A stretch of 64,000 nt of DNA from a virus (IMGVR_UViG_3300009183_000003:2724-66723); one strand, 5' to 3'; counted from the first letter of the stretch, positions 56,001 to 63,861 are shown. Numbers and translations are program-made. Notes: a model not told the origin generated them from the letters alone.

Positions 56001-58406
56001 TTACAAGAGGCAGGGGAGTATATTAACAGCGCAAGTGGCATCAGAAACCAACAGCATGAAACTACTCCTTACTATATGCCGAGACAATCTATAGGTACAA
56101 GAAAAGCAGCTTTAACATCTACAGATATATCTTACAATAAAAATGTTGGTCCAGCAATACGATCAGGAGCTTCTTATCAGCGTGTTCTTCAAGTCCCAAC
56201 AGAGGCTATCCGTTATAACATAGATAGACTTGTAATGACTAATGTTAACGAGGGTCTAAGAGATTATTATTTGACTGACGCTAAAAGATATGTGAACGAA
56301 GTTTTTTCTAACGCACAAGAAAATGCTAAATCAGATGAGGTTGTAATGTTGAATAACTTAAAACAATTGAGTGACACAATAGCCCCATTTGCTTTGGAGA
56401 AGTCTAAAAGTACATTTGGGTTATCTAAGTTAATGGGTAAGTTCTTTGTTGATGCTTTAATAGGAATTGTAAGAACGCCTGTTGAATTTACAACCAACCT
56501 TATTTCTTACGCAGTAGGCAACAGAAGTTTAAGATCTTTAACATTGCCATTCAGTCCAAAAGAAAAGCAAGAGACGGACAAATTATTATCAGAGTTCGAC
56601 TCTTCGGTTCAGTTTACTGGATTAGAAAAGAAAGTTAAACTTAGTGGGAAGAAAGGTATTGACGGATACTTAGATAGAGAAAGCAATTTCGGTTTGATTA
56701 ACAAGTTCCTCAACAACATAACTGGATTTATGAGAAAAGGGGAGTGGATGTCTCAGTTCGAAAGAGATTTTCAAAATAATACAGGAGAGAAGTTTAACTA
56801 CGAAAAACATTTTGTAAAAGAGAAAGCGAAGTATTATGATGATATGAAAAGAGCCGCTTCAGATGCTGACTTTAGAATGAGAAGAATTATGAAGGGCGGC
56901 AACAAAGCAGAGCAAAGACAATTCATTGAATGGGTTCCTTTCGTTAAGAAGGCAAGAATCTCAGCAGATTCAGCAGCTGCACCTTTTGTAGGTATGTTCT
57001 CTGGTTTTATTAACCATGACGCTGATAACCTTATAGGAGGTATGCGTAAAGTAATTACAAGAGGAGAAATTAAAGATGGTTTGACCCAATCTTTAGGTGC
57101 TTATAGTAGATTGGCTTTGTACCCTGTGTTGATGGTTATAGGAAAGGCTATAGCAAACTTAAATTTAGGTGACGATGATGAGAAGGAAGAGGCTCAAGAA
57201 ACTTTAGATTCTCTAAAAACAACACAAGGTTGGATTGATATGGCTATATTCTCAGCAAAACAAGTTGGAGCAACTTTATTTGGAGGTAAGTACGCAGCCG
57301 GTGGTAAGATTGTCGGATCTCTTTTATTAGATGCTGCCTACACTATAAGTGGCATGAATGGCGATAGGAAACAACAAAGACTTATTGAGGATACAATGAG
57401 AGAGTTATACTTTGTAGACCCTATTGACTTCTACAACCTACCTTCAGAGAAAGATGATATTGCTTTACAAATATCTGCAAACCTCGAACCGATTATTGGA
57501 ATGGCAGTTAATGCCGTGGCTGATTTTGCTAAGGATGTTCAAAATAAAGGAAGAGAGCAAGTTACTCTTTACGACATCTACGAATGGACTCAACAAACTG
57601 AAGAGGGTAAGCAATGGATGTATATGACAAATTCTTTAGCAACTTTAGGGCAGACATTAACGGTTATGTTTACTCCAGGTGCTATTCCACTTATTGACGA
57701 TTATGTACGTTGGGCAGAAGATGAGTTGTCTCAAAAAGAGCCAAACGAAAACACTTTGTACAAAACACCTGGTGGTGAAGTAATAGACATGAGAGATTTA
57801 TTTTTAGATGACAGCCAAAGAGTACCTATTAATACTCCCGGAATAAGCACAAGGGAGAGAGATAAATATTCTATATTGGCAACTGAAAAATTCAATAAAG
57901 CAATTGAAAAGGAAGGAAAGTCACTAAAGGATTTATTTGCCGATGAGAAGTATTTGCAAATTGATTACCTCTTTAATAAGGCTAAATATGACGCTGGTTC
58001 TGAACTAGGTTTTCCTACTGAAAGATGGAGTGAGACTGAGGGGGAGATGGTATCAGGAGAACCTATACCATTAAGTGAAAGAGATGATTTGCCAGAAAGT
58101 GAGGTGACTTTAGAAAAACTTCATCAGCAAATTATAAAAGGAAAACAATTGAGCTTTGTTCAGAACATTAAGGAGAAAAGAAAGGCTGAAGACTATATGT
58201 TTAAAGAGTTGGATAAAAACCCAAACATAAAAAATGATTACAAAAACGCTACTATCGGTGGAAAACTAGGTGTCAGAGAGTATTTTAAAGCAAAATATCT
58301 TTACGATAAGTATAAATTAACCGAACCGCCTGTTTCGTCTAACTATTTCATAAAAGAAAAAGGCAAAATAAAACAGGTTGAAAGTATGCCAACAGAAGAA
58401 AATTAA
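47073..58406 (+). CDS. giant (3777 aa) polyvalent virion cargo protein with a zincin-like HExxH domain
   Basis: TIAHEVTH (50994-51008) followed by AEEYLSEL; coiled coils, hydrophobic G/A-rich segments; promoter TATATTTG 47049-47056. Confidence 0.75.
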   Translation: MATLQDLFNEIQADSRISNPPTFEDFQSKMEDPAYAERVNEILGRNGYDVNAYEGLKKKEESMVESAPLSQQESEQPSETTEPTQTVGTEPTQEVVTEQVIEKPVFSAPAPINTISPFKKKKPQETKEELAAKAVPFDDSYNVSMGYFNPTTNKVEVLVEPKEEGSFPYTQVVDAGDPWLESVKKTFPGMAMYADEKEWKTASAQKMAKEENAIPPTSLGALPMTPVDISGRKAGPLGKIIQKTFGWDDARLEQFYTDQDKRKANRTPLEVWGSEFNKFLKGSKDVAEIQQAKEWVKQENIANATAAKEKYEFVFSNGRSNLNHDKNAILEEYATNPDAAYSKFKNFRSDVTLDYYDAEERYLNNKGEDQDQIRFERSKYEALINDERNGKDLDRVDEQFIQAQESRAMNAYSNTLGSDVTLLTSTKEYEKASKDLRITNFKIVQAQKRLQELGYDVAGKAIEEQGKTLTQQQIEAKKYADEMTSLNDDYEEFTTPLTSRQDVINKRIEELQTKGEVTREEEAEYSQLVEEFNAINEQVNAKTLNYTTSWGKAQENYNKYYTESNALYQTIKEQEKKINDPEVQALVKIINNANDEKNFVINQTGVDAAAISDLTMAADRVDLVSKLNERSKGHEESSVNRFDDIREREKMDFYINLYGKVADEAVGSPFVSGAVEFTKGAVNTAYKMASGLLFSPVYIANLFAADDEYSEMDRVTETLSDASTVLDPFTSVRSDADMVDKILNATGGAAVQMAAMATGSGVLMEGGMGVMAAQTVTTFMSSFPMNYQDNINSGMNPMDARNIALMNTATDVLLEGIYGEGKIYKAIRASRSSAIKEGIKAGKNVDEIMADFYKSLPKEVADKAKDVGVRAVAIVEGAALNAFEETTQMVGQKATNRAYNYINDGSVAEVETNGEEVILTTIPALLLGGAGNATIDIASTQSRDALSEGILYVGANSNNFLSEIEKQVPDFYNENKKQLEEISMVAKESQKLPGYANLDANLKAHVLSETIRKKNLEAAMKNFGLEDPKTKEEIANIDTEIKQILAGEKTSTITETPQENAVQEPSTGEVLQRQPQEVGEAGSQRKGVEPVLEGEGTTQEVGKEEIVATPQEAKEQEAMQNDIDQVQQSTGTVINLNEDGTLTINAPQRGGQSKKDAAIENAKQELTNLGYNVESRVVQPTQQEVVQEEVQPEITDEEFDNSIKEAEGMGVVAGSEAIADLQTRTAQDPKKGKIVSQASRAVQALKSLFPNMNIVLHENDESYNNAMGTLGGTANTRGQFVYKPTADGNIQGAVHINLDRANARTIAHEVTHAALLKMFKGDGKVFGNFKDKLKDIAKNQKMVITDKEGNQVETTWGDEAEKLSSRYQTEDQAEEYLSELAGLVAEMDTENPTNKSILQKIAEFINKFILSNPQLNALGIKPITDTSSAEEVLEFFDTLGKKISRGEEIKEFDDVNSLGLSGKVNVSEGVKSKSSIDSGEIKRFPVNPNTRVEEGVPLEQFNGKRVNLMESDRMTGGYISDSEGNPLFKFYGGVFYPVITGKWWASRNKMKAKGIAENANKNRDKDGYIYSAPMIGSDKQHMSNTDMLTVTVELMKFDANSKTSKVKKADVISYIDKAFSNKSVQGKKAVVKTVLKKSNNINELFNELEFVLFQEGDKILDKNGSPILDENKKPISNFTFEERLAIVNSILGDPKVKEARFPSAGSISDAAKRFEEPITAKANKIGDLVTIMRTKGTLQYKTSEVNDDFYHKSYPEEIYAVNEDGSPAEIEVYVLEGAYSMNDVLPSLTQSSGKEFTWDEYLEKHKSENLAIAQYNRTAKLSSASGEIKSGVKTKSQMDDVQRTAQMYNMSEQGFFPKNADEFKINKDFEKFGLKSKRANPTNFGPGSLYLVNQSGRKVNPFGVKRKAQIDIDAAESPLYQTRTKEDVPFVSNEQVRNDVPKMDATTRQTEAKNIKIEPGMLVGSRININASKSLGYPVLTIHHTFDKGKPQKENPNASKGEAIGQRGNVTLSNVNFNVSQSERNKIAEGRAKGVMAMAVGRVMDVEPNFDGVELSFNPNREHLFVDSEGRAVKSAEEVTVMGFKAYARGKITYFEDFEDPRSPKYTAPSQTKFAKTKEELVKMADDVDTGNTTVEEVGVPELAPEVVAEAITAFSDAIENGSTIEEATEEVALILENSAEEGPRKVTPPSEKTEPVSANKKEEKPKAEKKEKVVGPILSDSETIVAFTIAGNAKSIMDTTGVAQADAVNEAVLEITNGDQESADRYLAQPGIKEAVNNKIKQIKAKTARELEAESPKITISERKLLLDRVKAEIKAALEGRKEGKKEGVEQATEKAQKTIDALNKKLEEGKITKQELQDRIKELGYNIRFEAGVARLAGEKTGKSMGKKFGEFVGYFKGLKAGRTEQRGLGALVSEYIKDVVDNEFGKKGTVSPATLKSIARRAATISNQKQLDAFVSYLDKVIANRRLAEGLNEIKKLQKQLLNKVGYQYTSNMKMFAKFDMFTADGDLAFDMLTMTEYLDALRDLTSDRVPKIGKMMELFDDMYDINQQNQPALKTAIDSLNEWQIAVNKLFNTAKDIIVQNNGVVDLAESFQNYRAFKSNVKKYTNALDELLVTGMISESDYERMFNDVIEKSAVTDTYASEFQDQIDELKKMLIDGITDKGDYGFMDSIKDWLSNSPNSFTENQKKLIDQLMRATPKNLMTLSLEDLDLLNQVTAQIAEAGFVDEKNLRTLLDRAEIRGNEVGKSLVEQSQKVRNKYSNPKNGYIKMMRDTLGKSVVFWESRLGMKENGAFRKHLIDPIVRAINGWEKDSQRILKDYQRKVDKIRGINILKKPSDIKKLINRTKIEKFKLTTDGTLVPNGTVKVSKDAYDRVMIGVVGHILNNAWNAKQKKKTVNDWLGKQILSAEQRNKMQNEDVNELDIVNNIYNDLKQMFPDGNGGLDHMAVLEAFESDPTSILTSNQLEYYKAAQSALQEAGEYINSASGIRNQQHETTPYYMPRQSIGTRKAALTSTDISYNKNVGPAIRSGASYQRVLQVPTEAIRYNIDRLVMTNVNEGLRDYYLTDAKRYVNEVFSNAQENAKSDEVVMLNNLKQLSDTIAPFALEKSKSTFGLSKLMGKFFVDALIGIVRTPVEFTTNLISYAVGNRSLRSLTLPFSPKEKQETDKLLSEFDSSVQFTGLEKKVKLSGKKGIDGYLDRESNFGLINKFLNNITGFMRKGEWMSQFERDFQNNTGEKFNYEKHFVKEKAKYYDDMKRAASDADFRMRRIMKGGNKAEQRQFIEWVPFVKKARISADSAAAPFVGMFSGFINHDADNLIGGMRKVITRGEIKDGLTQSLGAYSRLALYPVLMVIGKAIANLNLGDDDEKEEAQETLDSLKTTQGWIDMAIFSAKQVGATLFGGKYAAGGKIVGSLLLDAAYTISGMNGDRKQQRLIEDTMRELYFVDPIDFYNLPSEKDDIALQISANLEPIIGMAVNAVADFAKDVQNKGREQVTLYDIYEWTQQTEEGKQWMYMTNSLATLGQTLTVMFTPGAIPLIDDYVRWAEDELSQKEPNENTLYKTPGGEVIDMRDLFLDDSQRVPINTPGISTRERDKYSILATEKFNKAIEKEGKSLKDLFADEKYLQIDYLFNKAKYDAGSELGFPTERWSETEGEMVSGEPIPLSERDDLPESEVTLEKLHQQIIKGKQLSFVQNIKEKRKAEDYMFKELDKNPNIKNDYKNATIGGKLGVREYFKAKYLYDKYKLTEPPVSSNYFIKEKGKIKQVESMPTEEN

Positions 58407-58438
58407 ACTAAATTTGTAACACTCTTACTATCATTAAA

Positions 58439-58939
58439 ATGAAAAAACCAGAGAAATTATCTCAACCAGTTATAAACTTACTCCTGCCTCGTTTGCAGGA
58501 TGAGTTTAATGCGGCATATTTTTATCGCTCTGCATCTAACTGGTGTAAAAATGTAGGCTTCTTTAAGGCAGGTGCTTTCTTCGACAAAGAGTCGGAGGAT
58601 GAGTTCGGTCACGCTAAGAAGATTGAGAACTACTTAGTCGATTGGAATATCACCCCTGCTCTTCCAACGATTCCAAAGCCTACGCTTGAGTTTGCTAGTA
58701 TAGGCGAGGTCATCAGCATGGCATATGACATGGAGTACAAGTTGTACGAAGAGTATGAGGACACGAGCATGAAGATTTTTAAGACGGGAGACCTTTGTGT
58801 GTTTGACTTCCTCCAACAATATCGCACAGGGCAGAAGGATGCCGTTGCTGAGTATAGCGACAAGTTGAATGTGTTAGAAGGAACGGATACAAAAAGTAAG
58901 TTTGAGATGTTAATGTTGGAAGAAATTTTATTTGGATAA
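58439..58939 (+). CDS. ftn: non-heme ferritin
   Basis: E..A.Y.Y....W.......FF..ES.DE..HA.K...Y, E, D....DFLQ.Y...Q four-helix di-iron pattern; promoter TAAATTTG 58409-58416. Confidence 0.85.
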   Translation: MKKPEKLSQPVINLLLPRLQDEFNAAYFYRSASNWCKNVGFFKAGAFFDKESEDEFGHAKKIENYLVDWNITPALPTIPKPTLEFASIGEVISMAYDMEYKLYEEYEDTSMKIFKTGDLCVFDFLQQYRTGQKDAVAEYSDKLNVLEGTDTKSKFEMLMLEEILFG

Positions 58940-59403
58940 TGGTATCATTAAGCAAATACGCAACCTTAGACGAATGCAGTAGATCAGTTACTGCCTCTCG
59001 TCTCGGCATTGATAACAACCCTCCACTAGAGGTTAGAGACAATCTAAGGGAAATTTGTTCAAAAGTTTTTGACCCATGCCGAGAGTTTGTGGGCGGCCCT
59101 TTGGCTATTGCATCGGGATATAGATGCCCAAAACTTAACAAGGCGGTTGGTGGTTCAAAGACGAGCGAGCATATGCTAGGTCAAGCTCTTGACATTGATT
59201 GCGATACATTTGGCGGAAAAACTAACGCTGAACTATTCTATTTTATTAAAGACAATCTTGATTTCAATCAATTGATTTGGGAGTTCGGGACAGACAAGAA
59301 TCCAGAATGGGTTCATGTTTCCTATTCAAGACTGCACAATAAAAAGAAAGTTATAAAGGCTACAAAAGTAAAAGGTAAAACTATATACACTATTTTCAAA
59401 TGA
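58939..59403 (+). CDS. endolysin, peptidase M15A family
   Basis: SGYRC..LN.AVGG...SEH..GQA.DI, DFNQLIWEF, WVHVSY. Confidence 0.9.
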   Translation: MVSLSKYATLDECSRSVTASRLGIDNNPPLEVRDNLREICSKVFDPCREFVGGPLAIASGYRCPKLNKAVGGSKTSEHMLGQALDIDCDTFGGKTNAELFYFIKDNLDFNQLIWEFGTDKNPEWVHVSYSRLHNKKKVIKATKVKGKTIYTIFK

Positions 59404-59573
59404 GCAATCATCAACAACAAATAACGGAAGGGATAACAGGTACAATCAGTAGCATTCTATTATCAGTCCCAGCTTGGTTGTTGGACGTTGAGTTTGCTCT
59501 TAAAATGTTTTGCCTTTTCTTGTCGGGCATCGCCTCTATCTACACCATAATCAAAATGGCTAAGAAGAAATGA
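59400..59573 (+). CDS. holin-like membrane protein (57 aa)
   Basis: Translated by hand: MSNHQQQITEG...FLSGIASIYTIIKMAKKK; hydrophobic with a basic tail; ATGA-coupled. Confidence 0.6.
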   Translation: MSNHQQQITEGITGTISSILLSVPAWLLDVEFALKMFCLFLSGIASIYTIIKMAKKK

Positions 59574-59737
59574 GTGAAACTATAATTAGCAAGATGCTTG
59601 ATTATGGAGTTCTAGGTATCTTATGCGTAGCCTTAGGGTATGCTGTGTATCGTTTTTGGCAGCAAGATAGAGCTGAGAAGAAGCGTTTAATTGAACGCTT
59701 AGAGAAGTTGAATGACGAACTTAGAGAAAAAAAATGA
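59570..59737 (+). CDS. single-TM coiled-coil protein, BhlA-like holin/antiholin candidate (55 aa)
   Basis: Translated by hand: MSETIISKMLDYGVLGILCVALGYAVY...; ATGA-coupled on both sides. Confidence 0.55.
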   Translation: MSETIISKMLDYGVLGILCVALGYAVYRFWQQDRAEKKRLIERLEKLNDELREKK

Positions 59738-59976
59738 AGTGGTTAAAGTCACTATTAAGTTCTGAAGGAGATGCAAGTACAAAAAGGGTTAGTGCAATAC
59801 TCTCTCTACTCGTTTGCATATCGTTGGCATACGTTGCTACATTCACTTCCTATAGATGCCCTGACTATATGTTTGAGGGACTTCTCGTCATAGCAGGAGG
59901 GGGTTTGGGACTTACGGTTATTGAGAGTATCTTTACACGATATAAGAAGAAGGATGACACACCATCCGAACAATAA
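59734..59976 (+). CDS. holin-like two-TM protein
   Basis: STKRV followed by two TM helices and a charged tail. Confidence 0.65.
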   Translation: MKWLKSLLSSEGDASTKRVSAILSLLVCISLAYVATFTSYRCPDYMFEGLLVIAGGGLGLTVIESIFTRYKKKDDTPSEQ

Positions 59977-59995
59977 CAAATAACAAAAAAAACAA

Positions 59996-60811
59996 ATGAA
60001 ATGTTCTCTACCATTCTCTCTCTCCAAGGAGGAGAAAAGTCTCATTGAACTATATACAGCTATAAGCGATTCTGTAAACACAGGAGACATCAGATGGCAA
60101 ATCTTTAAGGAAGAGTCTATCGCTCCAAAGAGTGTTAAGGTCACAGGGTACATGACCATTGCTGACAAGAGGAGCGACACCTTTTCTGTAGTGTGCGAGG
60201 AAGAGAAGCCGAGAGAGGCCCTCATCGCAATTGCCAACATGAAACTTCTCGTTATGACCTGTACCTCTCTAGGTATACCTATTGACTTTGAGTTTGAGAA
60301 GCCAAGGAAGGAGACAGAGTTCAAGCCTGTAAAGAGTTGGAAGATAGTTGCAGAAGAGCATGGAATAGATCCGGTGGAGGTCATCAAATGTCAGGACTTA
60401 CGTTCCCTCTCTCGCTATTGCAAACCATCCAAGTTCCCTATAGCGCAAGCGTTGGAGGCAACCTCACAGAAGTTTAACTCAGAGAGGGTTACTGTTAAAC
60501 AACTCTTTGAGTTTATTTGGGGTGAGGAGAACTACAACAGAGTTCGGACCCTCTCCTCCAAAAAGAAGAAGGCGAGAACTATAAGTACGCCTCAAGTTGA
60601 GGAAGTGGAGGAAGAAGTTGAAGCACACGCAGAGAACCGAGGTCAGCAAGACACGAAGTATGTCATGGGTAAATTAATCTCGATAGGAATTAATAGTTTA
60701 AATTTTGAAGAAAAGGCTCCAATAATGTCTGAAAGGTATGGTAATTTTCAGTATTTTTGTATGAACGCATCCGATGATGAGATTGCGTCTGTACTAATGC
60801 TTGAGCAATGA
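59996..60811 (+). CDS. hypothetical protein
   Basis: 271-aa ORF between the lysis and fibre genes. Confidence 0.6.
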   Translation: MKCSLPFSLSKEEKSLIELYTAISDSVNTGDIRWQIFKEESIAPKSVKVTGYMTIADKRSDTFSVVCEEEKPREALIAIANMKLLVMTCTSLGIPIDFEFEKPRKETEFKPVKSWKIVAEEHGIDPVEVIKCQDLRSLSRYCKPSKFPIAQALEATSQKFNSERVTVKQLFEFIWGEENYNRVRTLSSKKKKARTISTPQVEEVEEEVEAHAENRGQQDTKYVMGKLISIGINSLNFEEKAPIMSERYGNFQYFCMNASDDEIASVLMLEQ

Positions 60812-63800
60812 ATGTAAATGTAACAAAAATACAGCGTCTATCTAACGGAATAGTCCAGTTTTATAACGGGTTAGACATTGTAGATTCCTTTAGTATTACC
60901 AGTTCAGTTTCTATAGGCTTCGAAAGCAATTTAGCTAAAACAATTATATTCTCAAACAGTGTAAAGACTCTCTCGTTCAATGTATTTAATATAATTGCTC
61001 TTTACGGGTCAACAAGCAATAAGATTTACTCAGCAGGAATAGATCCCTCTGACACAAGTGAGGCGTATGTAAACAGACTTTACGACATATACGGATTTTT
61101 AATTTCAGATGTTATCCAAGGGTGTTGCCCTGGACCTACCTTTGTTGGAGGTGTTGTTGCTGTATATCCTAACTTTGCATCTTTTCCAGCAACAGGACAG
61201 CAGTCTGTAATATATATCGATGAGTCTACAAATCAAGCCTATTTTTGGGACGGTTCATCGTATCAACTATTAACATCTACAGGTGTAGAAACATATCCTA
61301 ATTTCGCTTCCTTCCCTGCAATAGGAATGGCAAACATTATATATGTCGATTTAAGTGTGCCTGAATCTTATGTTTGGGATGGGTCGGTATATGTATCTTT
61401 AGATGGTGGCTCTGTTGCTTGGGGTTCTATTATAGGAACCCTCTCTACTCAAACCGATTTACAAAACGCTTTGAACGCTAAACAAGCAACGCTTGTAAGT
61501 GGTACTAATATTAAGACGGTTAACTCCACTTCTTTACTTGGCGCAGGCGATTTGTCGGTTGGAACAGTAACAAGTGTAGGTGTAACGGCAGGCACAGGGA
61601 TAAGCGTAAGCGGTAGTCCTATTACTTTAAGCGGTAGTATTACTGTAACTAACTCTGCTCCCGATCAGGTAGTTGCATTAACCGCAGGCACGGGTATTGG
61701 AGTGGCAGGAACATATCCAAACTTTACCATTACTAATAGCTCTCCTTCAAGTGGAGGAACGGTTACAAGTGTGGGATTAACAATGCCTTCAGCATTTAAT
61801 GTAGCGAGTAGCCCTGTCACCACTTCGGGAACTTTAGCAGTTACAGGAGCAGGCACTGTTTCTCAATATGTGAGAGGTGACGGAAGCCTCGCCAACTTTC
61901 CAGCGTCATCAGGTGGCGGTGCTTCATTAACTTATTACCTAAACGGATCGGTATCTCAGGGAACATTTGGTGGTATAGCAATGAAGGAAATGGACAGAGT
62001 GCCTGTCTTAGGTGCAGGAACAGACTTCACGATTGCAACAAATGGTTATATTCAATCATTTATCACAGACGCTAACGTCCCAAACTTATTAGAGATACCA
62101 GCAGGAAATTGGAACTTCGAAACTTATTTCAGTGCCTCAAGCGGAGGAGGCACTCCTTCGTTTTACGTTGAATTGTATAAATGGAATGGTGTAACTTTAT
62201 CTTTAATTGCATCAGGTTCAGCTAATCCCGAAAGCATAACCAACGGAACAGCGATAGATTTATATGTAAGTGCATTAGCAGTACCACAAACTACGTTAGT
62301 GGCTACAGATAGGTTAGCGGTTAGAATATGGGTTAACAATTCGGGTAGAACGATTACACTCCACACTGAGAATAGTCACCTTTGTGAAGTAATAACTACA
62401 TTCTCAACAGGCTTAACTGCGTTGAATGGCTTGACGGCTCAGGTGCAGAACTTTGCAACAGGAACAACAGGGACTGACTTTGGTATCTCGTCTGCAACAA
62501 GCACACACACGTTCAACCTTCCAACGGCAAGCGCAGCAAATAGAGGCGCATTGAGTTCGGCAGATTGGACTACATTTAACAATAAGCAAGCGGCACTCGT
62601 TAGCGGCACAAACATTAAGACGGTTAACGGGACGACACTACTCGGTAGTGGTGATTTAGTTATTCCTGTTTTCCAATTACAAGGAACTAACTTCCTTTCA
62701 GTATTAGCAAACGGAACTCCAGCTCAAAATGGACAAGCGGTGAGAGATGCTTATACGGCAGCGCAGGCAATGACTCCAAACGGAGCAGCTAAGTCAACTA
62801 ATAACCGTGTAGTAATACTATTGGCTCCGGGATATTATACTTTTAGTGAAGCTACATTAGGTGCATTTACTGTTAACCAATCGTTCATTGATTTCGAATC
62901 ATTAAGTGGAGTGACTGACGTGTACTTTTCAAGTATGCAAGTAACGAGTCCATTTCCAGGTATCAATGTTCGTATATCAGGAATTGACACTACAAAAAAT
63001 AATTACTACGGACACGCTGCATTTGCTGTAGCTTCTACAGGTGATCCTTCGGAGAATATTTATATCAAAAATTGTGTCGGAGGCACTTATTCATTTTGTG
63101 CTTTTTCATTCGCATTTTCAGGTACTATTGAAAACTGTGTAGCAGGGAACTATTCATTTTTATATGGAACTACTGCTACTCCTCCGGCAGGTATAGTATC
63201 ATCAGGAAGCGGAAGCATAAGCTTATATGGAACATTCAAAAACTGTACATCAGGATCTAACTCATTTGTACGTTTAGACGGTGTGGGCTATGTAATAAGT
63301 TATGGTACTATTGATAATTGCACAGCAGGAGGAGGAGGAGGTTCATTTTTATCCGGTGGTACAATGTATACACTTAATTATGGAACTATATCAAACTGTT
63401 TTAGTACAGGTAATAATAATTTTTGTACCGGCACTAATGTTGAAAATGCTTCAAGAATAGTTAATTGCACATCAGAGGGAGGCTATTCGTTTGTTGTAAC
63501 AGCTAATGCATCAGGTGGTGTAATTAATGGAGGCTTAATATCAAACTGTGAATGTAGTGGATTAGATCCTTCTTTTGTAATAAAGGCTACTGCAACTTAT
63601 ACAGGAAGTAATTTAAACGGTAGAATAATTAATTGTACGGCTCTTAATAGTGACGCTGCATTTTGTGGAGATTTAGGAACAAACAGTGGGTTAATATCAA
63701 ATTGTATAGCTTGGCAACAAGCCTTTTGCTGTAATAATGCGGCAGGATTAACGAGGGATATATTGAGATGCACCATGATATATGATACTTTTACAAGTGG

Positions 63801-63861
63801 TCTTACAAGTGGAGGAAGGGTCGTATTAGGAATTGACACTACAGGTGTTGTAAACTATTAA
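60808..63861 (+). CDS. tail fibre/spike protein with a C-terminal beta-helix
   Basis: Duplicated YPNFASFPA.G and LVSGTNIKTVN units, GTVTSVG repeats, repeated I.NC in the C-terminal ~300 aa. Confidence 0.8.
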   Translation: MNVNVTKIQRLSNGIVQFYNGLDIVDSFSITSSVSIGFESNLAKTIIFSNSVKTLSFNVFNIIALYGSTSNKIYSAGIDPSDTSEAYVNRLYDIYGFLISDVIQGCCPGPTFVGGVVAVYPNFASFPATGQQSVIYIDESTNQAYFWDGSSYQLLTSTGVETYPNFASFPAIGMANIIYVDLSVPESYVWDGSVYVSLDGGSVAWGSIIGTLSTQTDLQNALNAKQATLVSGTNIKTVNSTSLLGAGDLSVGTVTSVGVTAGTGISVSGSPITLSGSITVTNSAPDQVVALTAGTGIGVAGTYPNFTITNSSPSSGGTVTSVGLTMPSAFNVASSPVTTSGTLAVTGAGTVSQYVRGDGSLANFPASSGGGASLTYYLNGSVSQGTFGGIAMKEMDRVPVLGAGTDFTIATNGYIQSFITDANVPNLLEIPAGNWNFETYFSASSGGGTPSFYVELYKWNGVTLSLIASGSANPESITNGTAIDLYVSALAVPQTTLVATDRLAVRIWVNNSGRTITLHTENSHLCEVITTFSTGLTALNGLTAQVQNFATGTTGTDFGISSATSTHTFNLPTASAANRGALSSADWTTFNNKQAALVSGTNIKTVNGTTLLGSGDLVIPVFQLQGTNFLSVLANGTPAQNGQAVRDAYTAAQAMTPNGAAKSTNNRVVILLAPGYYTFSEATLGAFTVNQSFIDFESLSGVTDVYFSSMQVTSPFPGINVRISGIDTTKNNYYGHAAFAVASTGDPSENIYIKNCVGGTYSFCAFSFAFSGTIENCVAGNYSFLYGTTATPPAGIVSSGSGSISLYGTFKNCTSGSNSFVRLDGVGYVISYGTIDNCTAGGGGGSFLSGGTMYTLNYGTISNCFSTGNNNFCTGTNVENASRIVNCTSEGGYSFVVTANASGGVINGGLISNCECSGLDPSFVIKATATYTGSNLNGRIINCTALNSDAAFCGDLGTNSGLISNCIAWQQAFCCNNAAGLTRDILRCTMIYDTFTSGLTSGGRVVLGIDTTGVVNY

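Noticed and set aside
59806-60387. 193-aa minus-strand ORF and similar antisense ORFs (e.g. 23805-24392, 53402-53791)
   Set aside because: Shadows of well-supported genes on the opposite strand, S/F/L-rich, with no promoter or motif support
60808-63861. Diversity-generating retroelement acting on the fibre
   Set aside because: No reverse transcriptase in the window; internal repeats differ at synonymous positions rather than only at adenines
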